The position numbers were made by a program, and so were the translations under genes. Positions 9,617 through 18,740 of a stretch of DNA of 42,322 nt are shown in pieces. Under the pieces are notes generated by a model that had not been told where the DNA came from, ran no database searches, and saw only the letters and a list, made by a program, of their open reading frames with translations. Each line of letters begins with the position of its first letter. Within the stretch, counting starts at the first letter, position 1. Source of the DNA: Armatimonadota bacterium (GTDB lineage Bacteria; Armatimonadota; Zipacnadia; Zipacnadales; UBA5352); the NCBI GenBank assembly GCA_034722055.1, contig JAYENL010000003.1, positions 1 through 42,322 on the forward strand. Direction: 5' to 3'.

Positions 9617-9733
9617 TGCAACTTTGCAGCATCGGGGGAGGTGGGGCGACCGGAGGCACCGAATAGCACCTCGGTCCGTCCCGCACTGATACCTGCCGAT
9701 GACCGCAGACAGACGTCGGATGCAGGAGGACAG

Positions 9734-10075
9734 ATGATGGACCAACAGGTCAGTCCCGCCGTCGTGATCATCGTGCTGGTTCTGATCGCAGCCATTCTCG
9801 TCGGGCTCTACTTCCTGGTGTTTGGGGAGAAGCGCGGCGAGGAGCCCGAGGAGGGCCCCGGAATGATGGGGCCGGGGCCTGGGGAGGCGGGTCCGGAAGG
9901 CGGTGAGCCCGCCGGCGGGCCCGAAGAGGAGGACACGGGTGAGGCCGCCGGCCAGCCCGAAGAGGGCGAGGAGACCGAACAGGGCGAGGCGGACCAGCCT
10001 GCGGAGGATACGGGTGCGGAGGACAGCGGTGACGAGGGGGAGGATGAAGGGACCGAGGCGGAGGCTGGAGGCTGA
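9734..10075 (+). CDS. Single-pass membrane protein with an acidic, low-complexity E/G/P tail
   Basis: RBS GGAGGA; MMDQQVSPAVVIIVLVLIAAILVGLYFLVFG followed by an acidic disordered tail. Confidence 0.75.
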   Translation: MMDQQVSPAVVIIVLVLIAAILVGLYFLVFGEKRGEEPEEGPGMMGPGPGEAGPEGGEPAGGPEEEDTGEAAGQPEEGEETEQGEADQPAEDTGAEDSGDEGEDEGTEAEAGG

Positions 10076-10172
10076 CGCCGTCAGTGAGTGTTGGATACGC
10101 GGCGGCGCGGGCGCACCCGTACCCAAGGCCCGCGCCGCCCTACTTCGCCCCTGACGTTTGCCGGGCCCAACG

Positions 10173-12122
10173 GTGACTGCTGTGCGGACCGCGGGTCCCG
10201 GGCAGGACCGACTGAGCCGCCAGGACCAGGCACAACCGGTCACGTGGCGGGCCGTGCTCGTCGGTCTGCTGCTGGCGGTCCCGAACGTCTTCTTCGTCTG
10301 CCACGGCTACATCTGGGGGCAGAGCCGGCCCACCACCGTGTCGCTGTTCTTCAACGCCGTCGTCACCCTGCTGATCGTGATGGCGGTCAATGCCGGCATC
10401 CGCCGGCTGCGCCCGGCATGGGCTCTCGCGCGCGGCGAGCTGCTCGTCATCTTCACCATTCTCAGCGTCGGCTCGGCCATGGTGGGCCTCGATCAGCTCC
10501 AGACCATGCTCCCGGTGGTGGCCTACCCTGTCTGGCACGCCACTCCCGAGAACGACTGGGAGGCGCTGTTCCTGCAGGACATGCCCTCCTGGCTGACGGT
10601 CACCGATCCCGATGCCCTGTGGGCCTACTACGACTTCCACGGGCCGCTCTTCGCCACGCCCTGGTGGCGGCCGTGGGTGCGCCCGGCCCTCATCTGGTCG
10701 GGCTTTTCCCTCGCTTTGTTCGTCGTCATGCTGTGCCTGAATACCTTCTTCCGGCGCAACTGGATCGAGGAGGCGAAGCTGAGCTACCCCATCGCTCAGA
10801 TTCCCCTGGAGATCACCAGCGGCCGGCGAAACGTCTTCCATGACCGGCTGCTGTGGATCGGCTTCGGACTGGCCTTCCTGGTGGACGCCCTCAACGGCTT
10901 CCACGAGATCTTCCCCAGCGTCCCGGCCCTGCTGGGGAGCCGCGGCGCCCGCTACGACCTCGGTCGCATGGTCCACTCCCGTCCCTGGAACGCCATCGGC
11001 TGGACCCCGCTGAACGTCTTTCCCTTCGCGGTGGGGCTGGCCTTCTTCATCCCGGTGGACCTGGCGTTCTCCATGTGGTTCTTCTACCTGCTGTGGAAGG
11101 CCCTCAAGATCGTGTCAGCGGCGCTGGGCTGGGGGGACCTGCCCGGCGCTCCGTGGATCAAGGAGCAGAGCTTCGGGGCCTACCTGGCGCTGGCGGGGTT
11201 CTGCCTGTGGGCGTCGCGGCGGCACATCGCGGAGTCCGTCCGGGGCGTGATCGGCGGGCGAACCATCGATGACTCCCGGGAGCCGATGCCCTACTCCTGG
11301 GCCCTGGTGGGCGTGGTCTGCGGCATCGCGGCGCTGGTGTTCTTCTGCCAGCAGGCGAAGATGACATTCTGGCCGGCCTTCGGCTTCATCGTTCTCTACC
11401 TGCTGATCTCGGTGGCCATCGCCCGGATTCGGGCGGAGCTGGGCTCGCCGGTGCACGACCTGCACTTCATCGGCCCCCAGGTGATGCTGACGGAGGCCCT
11501 GGGGGCGTCGGCGCTGGGCAAGCGCAACCTGATTCCGTTCGCCTACTTCCACTCCATCACGCGCGCCCACCGCAGCCATCCCATGCCCCATCAGATCGAG
11601 GGCATGAAGCTGGCCGATGAGTCCGGCGTGAGTCAGCGTGGCCTGGCCGCGGTGATGGTGGTGGCGGCCGGATTCGCACTGCTGCTGGGCTGGGGAGTGC
11701 TCCTGGACGCCTTCTTCCGCCACGGCGGGGGAGGCTGGTCGGGCAAGGGCCGGGAGGCCTTCTCACTGCTGGATCAGTGGCTGACCAGCCCCGGCGAGCC
11801 CAACCTCTACTCCTGGGGAGGCTTCGTGTGGGGCGCGGCCTTCACCGTCTTTCTGACCTGGATGCGCACCCGCTACATGTGGTGGATCTTCCATCCCGCC
11901 GGCTTCGCGGTGTCGGGGAGCTGGTCGATGGCGCTCTTCGCGCCCTCGATTCTGGTGAGCTGGCTTGCCAAGACCCTCATCCTGCACTACGGTGGGATGA
12001 GCGCCTTCGCGCCAGCCTCCACGTTCTTCCTGGGGCTGGTGCTGGGGGAGTTCGTTGCGGGGGCGGGCTGGGGCACAGCCGGCATTCTGATGCACCGCCG
12101 CATGTACAACTTTTTGCCCTGA
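10173..12122 (+). CDS. Polytopic membrane protein, DUF6785/DUF6784-like (putative transporter)
   Basis: Many TM segments; LARGELLVIF, W..EAKLSYPIAQIP, RIRAELG, PMPHQIEGMKLA, FHPAGFAV, FFLGLVLGEF. Start uncertain (10158 or 10173). Confidence 0.75.
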   Translation: MTAVRTAGPGQDRLSRQDQAQPVTWRAVLVGLLLAVPNVFFVCHGYIWGQSRPTTVSLFFNAVVTLLIVMAVNAGIRRLRPAWALARGELLVIFTILSVGSAMVGLDQLQTMLPVVAYPVWHATPENDWEALFLQDMPSWLTVTDPDALWAYYDFHGPLFATPWWRPWVRPALIWSGFSLALFVVMLCLNTFFRRNWIEEAKLSYPIAQIPLEITSGRRNVFHDRLLWIGFGLAFLVDALNGFHEIFPSVPALLGSRGARYDLGRMVHSRPWNAIGWTPLNVFPFAVGLAFFIPVDLAFSMWFFYLLWKALKIVSAALGWGDLPGAPWIKEQSFGAYLALAGFCLWASRRHIAESVRGVIGGRTIDDSREPMPYSWALVGVVCGIAALVFFCQQAKMTFWPAFGFIVLYLLISVAIARIRAELGSPVHDLHFIGPQVMLTEALGASALGKRNLIPFAYFHSITRAHRSHPMPHQIEGMKLADESGVSQRGLAAVMVVAAGFALLLGWGVLLDAFFRHGGGGWSGKGREAFSLLDQWLTSPGEPNLYSWGGFVWGAAFTVFLTWMRTRYMWWIFHPAGFAVSGSWSMALFAPSILVSWLAKTLILHYGGMSAFAPASTFFLGLVLGEFVAGAGWGTAGILMHRRMYNFLP

Positions 12123-12245
12123 GGTCGGCCCTCTCGTACCTTGCCGGCAGGAGTCAGCCGCCCAGCCGGCGAATGAGCGCTCCTGCGGCCCGGTCGTGCA
12201 GCACCCGCGGCCCGGCAGGCTGCCGCGAGGCGAGGAAGGTGGCCC

Positions 12246-13169
12246 ATGGCCTGTCACGCCGAGCACGAGTATCTGCTGGACGTGGCCCTCGCGCACCTGC
12301 CCGAGGAGGTCCGGGCGTGCGTAGATGAGGGAACCGCGCACGAGCTGTGCGTCCTTCCCGACCGCGTGGGCGAGTGGCCATGGCACAAGCCGCCGCTGTC
12401 GCTGTGGGTCCTGGAGCTGGGCGGCGGCGAGGTGCGGCGGGCCATGGAGGCCGGGGATCGGGCGGGTGCGGGGTACACGCTGAGCCTGCTGCACCACTAC
12501 GCCGTGGACACGTTGGCTGTGTCGCACGCCTGGCTGGACTTCCTCGGCGAGATGGAGGACTTCGAGAGCATCGAGGTCCTGGCCGAGGACTATCACGATC
12601 CGGTGGAGAACTGCATTGTGGGGGCGCTTGAGGGCCTCAGCGTCCCTGACACGGCGCGGACCGGCCGCCTCCGTGAGCAGTGGCCGCGGAGCGTGAGGCG
12701 CTGCTACGCCATCGGCGCGGCGATCCACGAGGCGTTCCTTGGTGGAGAGGACGTCCTGGAGCTGTGCCTGGAGGGGGTCAGGAACACCGCAGAGTGCATG
12801 CCGGCTCTGGTGGCTGCGCTGCTGAACGGGGATGTCGGACTCGCCGGGAAGGAGCAGGTGCGCCTGGCCGGCGAGCTGTGGCCGCTGGCGGACCTGCTGA
12901 CCTGGTCGGGTGAGAGGATCGCCGCGGAGGCGACGTCTGACCAGGCCGTGGCGAGGTGGCAGGCCCGCAGGGGCTACGCGGACGCCGACATCTTCTTCGC
13001 ACCGGAGAGCTGCGGGCCGGCCGCGCTTAAGGTGCGGGAGCACTACCTGGCGGGCCGCAGACAGTGGCGGGAGGAGATCCTGCCGCAGACCTATGGCGTG
13101 ACGCTGCCGCCGCGTCGGCGTATCGGTCGCAGAGACGAGGATGGTTCCGGCGCCGAACCGGGGGTTTGA
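12246..13169 (+). CDS. Hypothetical protein, possible zinc-dependent phospholipase C/P1 nuclease-like fold
   Basis: His near the N-terminus, VLPD, LHHYAVD..VSH, YHDPVE follow the metal-ligand spacing of this fold. Confidence 0.5.
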   Translation: MACHAEHEYLLDVALAHLPEEVRACVDEGTAHELCVLPDRVGEWPWHKPPLSLWVLELGGGEVRRAMEAGDRAGAGYTLSLLHHYAVDTLAVSHAWLDFLGEMEDFESIEVLAEDYHDPVENCIVGALEGLSVPDTARTGRLREQWPRSVRRCYAIGAAIHEAFLGGEDVLELCLEGVRNTAECMPALVAALLNGDVGLAGKEQVRLAGELWPLADLLTWSGERIAAEATSDQAVARWQARRGYADADIFFAPESCGPAALKVREHYLAGRRQWREEILPQTYGVTLPPRRRIGRRDEDGSGAEPGV

Positions 13170-13227
13170 GGCTGTGTAGCGTGCACGAGCGCGCCTAACA
13201 TGGTGCTGAGTCATGGGGAGGTCCACT

Positions 13228-14250
13228 ATGAGCGACACGAAGATCGTCGTGACCGACTACATCGAGGACGACCTGGACTGGGAAGTCGAGGAGATGGCCG
13301 AGCGCGATGTCGATTTCGAGCACTATCAGCTCAAGCTGGCGCCGGAGGACGAGCTGGTGGAGAAGATTCGCGACTGCGATGTCGTCATCGTCAACATGGC
13401 GCCGATGCCCGAGTCCGTGATCAGCCAACTGGAGCGCTGCAAGCTCATCATCCGCCACGGCATCGGCTACGATAACGTGGATGTGGAGGCCTGCACCAGG
13501 TACGGCATCCGGCTGGCGAACATCCCCGACTACTGCGCCCAGGAGGTGGCGGAGCAGGCCGTGGCGCTGATTCTGGCCTGCGCCCGGCGACTCTTCGAGA
13601 GCCGCCGCATCCTGGAGCAGTCCAGCGCCAACGGCATCTGGGACTTCTCCGAGCTGGGCGACATCCACCGCATGCACGACCAGACGCTGGGCATCGTCGG
13701 CTGCGGGCGCATCGGCTCCCGGGTCTTCCGGATGACCGAGAACATCTTCGCGCGGCGAATGGTCTGCGACCCCTACATGGGCGACCGGCGCCTGGCGGCA
13801 CTGGGCCTCGATGAGCGTTACTCGCTGGAGGACGTCCTGCGTGAGGCCGACTTCGTGACCATCCACACGCCGCTGAACGAAGAGACGCGCTACATGATCG
13901 CCGAGCCACAGCTTCGGATGATGAAGGAGACCGCGTTCCTTATCAACAGCGCCCGCGGAGCTATAGTGAGCACTGAGGCGCTGGTCAGGGCGCTGAGGGA
14001 GGGCTGGATCGCGGGGGCGGGCATTGACGTGTACGAGGAGGAGCCGCCGCCGGCGGACCTGGAGTTGTTCGACCTGCCCACGGCCACCCTCTCGGCGCAC
14101 CTGGGCTGGTGCTCGGTGGAGGCCGGATGGGACATCCGCTACAAGATCATGGATGACGTTGACCGTTACCTGGCCGGTGAGCCCCCGCGCTTCACGGTCA
14201 ACACCGAGGTGGAGGAGAAGCTGGGCGGGAAGGCCTACCGGGAGGTGTGA
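13228..14250 (+). CDS. D-isomer-specific 2-hydroxyacid dehydrogenase (CtBP-like)
   Basis: RHGIGYDNVD, NIPDYC, GIVGCGRIG, HTPL, INSARG, DVYEEEP, SAHLGW; RBS GGAGG before ATG 13228. Confidence 0.92.
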   Translation: MSDTKIVVTDYIEDDLDWEVEEMAERDVDFEHYQLKLAPEDELVEKIRDCDVVIVNMAPMPESVISQLERCKLIIRHGIGYDNVDVEACTRYGIRLANIPDYCAQEVAEQAVALILACARRLFESRRILEQSSANGIWDFSELGDIHRMHDQTLGIVGCGRIGSRVFRMTENIFARRMVCDPYMGDRRLAALGLDERYSLEDVLREADFVTIHTPLNEETRYMIAEPQLRMMKETAFLINSARGAIVSTEALVRALREGWIAGAGIDVYEEEPPPADLELFDLPTATLSAHLGWCSVEAGWDIRYKIMDDVDRYLAGEPPRFTVNTEVEEKLGGKAYREV

Positions 14251-14310
14251 GGGCTGCGGCCCCCTCCAGCGGCCGCCCGGTCGTTCGTTCGCCATGATTG
14301 CCATGCACGA

Positions 14311-14333
14311 GTCGGGCTGGAAGCCCGACCTAC
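14311..14333 (-). repeat. GTAG-family REP (GTAGGTCGGGCTTCCAGCCCGAC)
   Basis: Identical copies at 25010-25032 (+), 40320-40342 (-) and 40653-40675 (-). Confidence 0.9.
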
Positions 14334-14376
14334 GCGATGAGGAGATGCGTGCCTACGCGGTGAGGAGATGCGTGCC

Positions 14377-15678
14377 ATGCCCAAATACGATCTTCCCGGC
14401 CCGAAGTCGGCCGAGCTGCTTGAGATGTCGGACACCTACGAGGCCGGCGCTACCAGCCGCCAGCAGCCCTTTGTGTGGGATCACGCCAAGGGTGCGAAGG
14501 TCTGGGACGTGGATGGCAACGAGTACATCGACTGGACCTCGGGCGTGCTGGTCACCAACGTGGGCCACTGCCACCCGCATCAGGTGGAGGCCATCCAGAG
14601 GCAGGTTGGACGCCTCATGTGCCCCTACGACTTCCCGACGCCCGAGCGTGTGACGCTGGCCAAGCGCCTGGTGGAGATCACGCCCGAGAACCTCGACGCC
14701 TGCTTCATGCTCACCACGGGCTCAGAGGCCACCGAGGCCTCCATGCGCATGGCCAAGCGCTACACCGGCAGGCACGAGATCATCTCGTTCTACGGCGGCT
14801 TCCACGGCCGCACCGGCATGGCCATGGCGGCCGCCGGCAAGCAGGGCACCAAGCGTCAATACGGCCCCGTGCTCAGCGGGCACGTGCAGTCGCCCTTCGC
14901 CTACTGCTACCGCTGCCCCTTCGACCTCACGCCGGACGTGTGCGACTTCAAGTGCCTCCGCTTCCTCGACACCGTGGTTGAGACGCAGACCACGGGCGAT
15001 ATCGCCGCGGTCATCACCGAGCCCTACCAGGGCGGCGCCGGCTTCATCTTTCCGCCCGAGGGCTGGCTGAGCGAGCTGCAGAGGTGGTGCGAGGAGCACG
15101 ACGTTCTGTTCATCCTCGACGAGGTGCAGTCCAGCTTCGGGCGCACGGGCAAGATGTTCTACGCGGAGCACGAGGACCTGACGCCCAACTTCATGCCCCT
15201 GGGCAAGGGCATCGGCTCGGGGATCCCGACCGCCTGCATGATGACGGAGCAGCGCATCATGGAAGTGTTCGAGCGCGGCGAGGCATCCTCGACCACGGGC
15301 GGCAATCCCGTCTCCTGCGCCGCCGCCCACGCGGTGCTGGACATCTTCGAGCGCGAGAGTCTGGTCGAGAACTCCGCGACCATCGGCGAGTACATGAAGG
15401 GCCGGCTGAAGGAGCTGGAGGCCAGGTCCGAGTATGTGGGTGAGGTTCGCGGCCGCGGCCTGGTCATGGGCATGGAGTTCGTCGAGGACTCCGAGACCAA
15501 GGAGCCCTCGAAGGAGATCACCTGGCGCGTGGTCGAGGCCTGTGCGCGAGAGGGCCTGTGCTGCGGCGTGGTGGGCTTCTACGGCAACGTTATCCGCGTG
15601 GCCCCGCCGCTGGTCATCGACCGGGACCTGGCCGAGCAATCCTGTGGTATAATGGAGTCGGTGGTGATGAGCCTGTGA
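14377..15678 (+). CDS. Class III PLP-dependent aminotransferase (GabT/ArgD-like)
   Basis: WDVDGNEYID, GSEATE, GFHGRT, DEVQSSFGRTG, GKGIGSG (PLP lysine), VRGRGL. Confidence 0.93.
   Translation: MPKYDLPGPKSAELLEMSDTYEAGATSRQQPFVWDHAKGAKVWDVDGNEYIDWTSGVLVTNVGHCHPHQVEAIQRQVGRLMCPYDFPTPERVTLAKRLVEITPENLDACFMLTTGSEATEASMRMAKRYTGRHEIISFYGGFHGRTGMAMAAAGKQGTKRQYGPVLSGHVQSPFAYCYRCPFDLTPDVCDFKCLRFLDTVVETQTTGDIAAVITEPYQGGAGFIFPPEGWLSELQRWCEEHDVLFILDEVQSSFGRTGKMFYAEHEDLTPNFMPLGKGIGSGIPTACMMTEQRIMEVFERGEASSTTGGNPVSCAAAHAVLDIFERESLVENSATIGEYMKGRLKELEARSEYVGEVRGRGLVMGMEFVEDSETKEPSKEITWRVVEACAREGLCCGVVGFYGNVIRVAPPLVIDRDLAEQSCGIMESVVMSL
15643..15653 (+). promoter_or_regulatory. Extended -10 promoter (TGTGGTATAAT) inside the 3' end of the aminotransferase gene
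   Basis: Perfect TRTGnTATAAT made from the rare codons TGT GGT ATA, 37 nt before ATG 15691. Confidence 0.65.
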
Positions 15679-15690
15679 AGGGGGGGCGCC

Positions 15691-16170
15691 ATGGCGAGTG
15701 CTGAAGAACGTCTGCTGACCTTCTGCCGCGACGTTTACTCAGACCATCGCGAGAGGCATGCGCGGAGCCAACAGATAGCCTTGGGCCTGCTTGCCTTCAA
15801 TGGTGTTCTGATCGGGATTCTTGCCACGATGGTGTGGGAAGTGGTGGAGAGTGGCCACGCGGCAGATGGCCGTTGTCCATGGCTGATGGTCATGGCGCTG
15901 CTGCTTGCGGTGATCGCGGCTGGCATCCACGTTGTTGTCGCGACGCGCGTTACCGTCGCATGGCCTGACCCGATGCTGTTGTGCGACAGATATCGAGAAT
16001 ACCCAAAGGTCGCCGACGCGCTGTTCCTGGCCGAGATATATGCAGAGGCCACATCGGAGAACCAACCAGTCGTCGACCGCAAGTTCCAGATGATTGCTGT
16101 TGCGAACGGCCTGACTGGCCTTGCTTTTGTGTCCGCGCTGGTGGCCTTGCTGCTGCTCGTGACGGGATAG
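15691..16170 (+). CDS. Hypothetical 3-TM membrane protein with atypical codon usage
   Basis: Three hydrophobic segments (2 TM, soluble loop, 1 TM); more A/T-ending codons than its neighbours. Confidence 0.75.
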   Translation: MASAEERLLTFCRDVYSDHRERHARSQQIALGLLAFNGVLIGILATMVWEVVESGHAADGRCPWLMVMALLLAVIAAGIHVVVATRVTVAWPDPMLLCDRYREYPKVADALFLAEIYAEATSENQPVVDRKFQMIAVANGLTGLAFVSALVALLLLVTG

Positions 16171-16195
16171 GCAGGATCTGGCAGGAGGGGAAGGC

Positions 16196-16363
16196 ATGCG
16201 AAGAGAACAGGATCAGGACACAGTACACGAGGACGAGGCCCCTCAGGAAGAGGAGCCCAAACCGGCAGACTTTATTGTGCACGTCACAGAGGGGATCGAT
16301 GCTGGCGAGAGGATGCACCGCAAGGATCAGAAGGGCGATACCGAGAACCGTGATGCTGGCTAG
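16196..16363 (+). CDS. Small charged hypothetical protein (55 aa), below the size range of the ORF track
   Basis: RBS AGGAGG; MRREQDQDTVHEDEAPQEEEPKPADFIVHVTEGIDAGERMHRKDQKGDTENRDAG, stop TAG. Confidence 0.6.
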   Translation: MRREQDQDTVHEDEAPQEEEPKPADFIVHVTEGIDAGERMHRKDQKGDTENRDAG

Positions 16364-16449
16364 AGCCCCCCTGCTGTGCTGGGAAGCGCGCACTCCACCG
16401 ATTTAGAGGAGGACCCGGAACTCGCAGCTTCTTTTCGTAAAGCGCCTCG

Positions 16450-16480
16450 GGGCGGGCAACGGTTGCCCGCCCTGTATGTC
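16450..16480 (+). terminator. Possible intrinsic terminator or hairpin
   Basis: GGGCGGGCAA-cgg-TTGCCCGCCC (10-bp stem) followed by a weak T-containing tail. Confidence 0.45.
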
Positions 16481-16535
16481 TTCCTGCCCAGGCAGGATGT
16501 CGTTCGACGGCTGACACCATAGGGAGTGCTGTCAC

Positions 16536-18740
16536 ATGTCCAGCAGTGCTCCACCGGAGGGGTTTGACCCCGGAGAGGACGTTCGGCTGTGCGCCGAGGC
16601 CGACCTGCGGCCCGACGGGCGGTTCGGCCGCGAGTGGCTGGTCGTGGGCGAGAGCAGGCTCTGGGTCGTCAGCGATGGCGACGCAGCGCCGTCTGCACGC
16701 CTGGAGCTGCCACTTGAGGAGCTGGGCGAGCCGAAGGCCCGCACCCTCGTGGGCGGCGGGGCCCTGGAGGTTTCGCGCAACGGCGAGCGGATGGAGCTGG
16801 TGCGCTACACCGCCTCCCGCTCGGCGCGCTTCGGCGCGGCCGCACAGGTGCTGGGCAAGTGGCTGGAGGGCGAGGAGGCGGAGGTGCCCGAAGAGGAGCA
16901 GCGGTACTGCCCCCGCTGCGGCATGCCTCTGGCCGAGGGCACCAAGGTCTGCCCGGCGTGCCTTCCTCGGACGCGGACCCTTCGTCGGCTCATCGGCTAC
17001 CTGGCGCCGCGGTGGAAGCCCGCCGTGGGCCTGGCGCTGATGGCGCTGGTGCACACCGGCCTGGGCCTGGTGCCCCCGTATCTGCAGAAGCCCCTGATGG
17101 ACGAGGTCCTGGCCCCCAAGGGCGAGCAGCGGCCGTTGGACGAGCGCCTCCGCCTGCTCGGGCTGCTCGTGCTGGCGCTGCTGGTGGCCCACGTGCTAAT
17201 GGCCGTCATCAGCGCCCTGCGGAACTGGCTGGTGGCCTGGCTGGGCAATCGCATCAGCCACGACATCCGCGTGGGGCTGTATCAGCACCTGCAGTTCCTC
17301 TCCCTGGGCTTCTATGACAAGCGCCAGATGGGCACCGTCATCTCGCGCGTCAACCAGGACACGGGCCGACTGCAGGAGTTCCTGGTGTGGGGCTCTCAGG
17401 ACCTGGTCACCAACCTCCTGCTGATCGTGGGCATCTCGGGCATGCTCCTGGCGATGAACGCGAAGCTGGCCCTCTTCGTGTTTCTCCCGGCGCCCATCGT
17501 GATCCTGCTCTCGACCACCGTGTGGAGGCGCATCCGCCACTACATGCACAAGTTCTTCCAGCGGTGGAGCCGGCTCAACGCGGTGCTCAACGAGAGCCTG
17601 TCGGGGCTGCGGGTTATCAAGGCCTTCGCGCAGGAGCCCAGGCACATTGACGACTTCCGCACCCGCAGCGACGAGCTCGCCATCTCCGGAACCGGCGTGG
17701 AGCGCGTGTGGTCGATCCTCTTCTCGGGCCTGTCGCTGGTGATGATGCTGGGGACGCTGCTGGTGTGGTACGTGGGCGGCCGCGAGGTGCTGTTCGGGCC
17801 CATGACGCTGGGCACGCTGATGGTCTTCCTGACCCTCGTGGGCATGTTCTATCAGCCGTTGCGCTTCATGTCCATGCTGCTGAACTGGGCGTCGCGCTCG
17901 CTGGCGGCAGCCGAGCGGGTCTTCGAGGTGCTCGACACCGCCCCGGAGGTCGATGAGGCTGAGGACGCCGTACCCATGCCCGATATCCAGGGGCGGGTGG
18001 AGTTCCGCGACGTGACCTTCGGCTACGAGCCGCACCGTCCGGTGCTGAAGGGCATCTCCTACGAGGTGGCGCCTGGCGAGATGATCGGTCTGGTGGGACA
18101 CAGCGGCGCGGGAAAGACCACCACCATCAACCTGCTGTGCCGATTCTACGATGTGGATGAGGGCCAGATCCTCATCGACGGTGAGCCCATCAGCAAGATC
18201 AGACTCGAGGACCTCCGCCAGCAGATCGGCATCGTGCCCCAGGACACCTTCCTGTTCGCGGCCACCATCGCTGAGAACATCGCCTACGCAAAGCCCGGCG
18301 CCACCAAGGAGGAGATCATCACTGCGGCCCGCGCGGCCAACGCCCACGAGTTCATCCTCAAGAAGCCCGACGGCTACGAGACCCTCCTGGGGGAGAAGGG
18401 CCAGGGTCTCTCGGCCGGCGAGCAGCAGCGCCTCGCCATCGCCCGCGCGGTGCTGCACGATCCGGCCATCCTCATCCTCGATGAGGCCACCTCGCAGGTG
18501 GACGTGGAGACCGAGAAGGGCATCCAGGAGGCCATCCAGCGGCTCGTCGAGGGCCGCACGACCTTCGCCATCGCCCATCGGCTGTCCACCCTCAAGTACG
18601 CCGACCGCCTGATCGTGCTCAAGGAGGGCGAGATCGCCGAGATGGGCACTCACGACGAGCTGCTGGCCGCCGAGGGGGAGTTCCACCGCCTCGTGCAGAC
18701 CTACCAGGAGATCTCGACGGTCCGGGCGGTGGAGCGCTGA
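16536..18740 (+). CDS. ABC exporter (fused TMD-NBD) with N-terminal soluble domain and CxxC..CxxC zinc ribbon
   Basis: CPRC..CPAC, TM domain, GHSGAGKT, LSAGEQQR, ILDEAT, IAHRLST. Confidence 0.93.
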   Translation: MSSSAPPEGFDPGEDVRLCAEADLRPDGRFGREWLVVGESRLWVVSDGDAAPSARLELPLEELGEPKARTLVGGGALEVSRNGERMELVRYTASRSARFGAAAQVLGKWLEGEEAEVPEEEQRYCPRCGMPLAEGTKVCPACLPRTRTLRRLIGYLAPRWKPAVGLALMALVHTGLGLVPPYLQKPLMDEVLAPKGEQRPLDERLRLLGLLVLALLVAHVLMAVISALRNWLVAWLGNRISHDIRVGLYQHLQFLSLGFYDKRQMGTVISRVNQDTGRLQEFLVWGSQDLVTNLLLIVGISGMLLAMNAKLALFVFLPAPIVILLSTTVWRRIRHYMHKFFQRWSRLNAVLNESLSGLRVIKAFAQEPRHIDDFRTRSDELAISGTGVERVWSILFSGLSLVMMLGTLLVWYVGGREVLFGPMTLGTLMVFLTLVGMFYQPLRFMSMLLNWASRSLAAAERVFEVLDTAPEVDEAEDAVPMPDIQGRVEFRDVTFGYEPHRPVLKGISYEVAPGEMIGLVGHSGAGKTTTINLLCRFYDVDEGQILIDGEPISKIRLEDLRQQIGIVPQDTFLFAATIAENIAYAKPGATKEEIITAARAANAHEFILKKPDGYETLLGEKGQGLSAGEQQRLAIARAVLHDPAILILDEATSQVDVETEKGIQEAIQRLVEGRTTFAIAHRLSTLKYADRLIVLKEGEIAEMGTHDELLAAEGEFHRLVQTYQEISTVRAVER

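Noticed and set aside
9628..9725. Long imperfect hairpin as a riboswitch
   Set aside because: No recognisable aptamer consensus, and GC-rich pairing could be chance.
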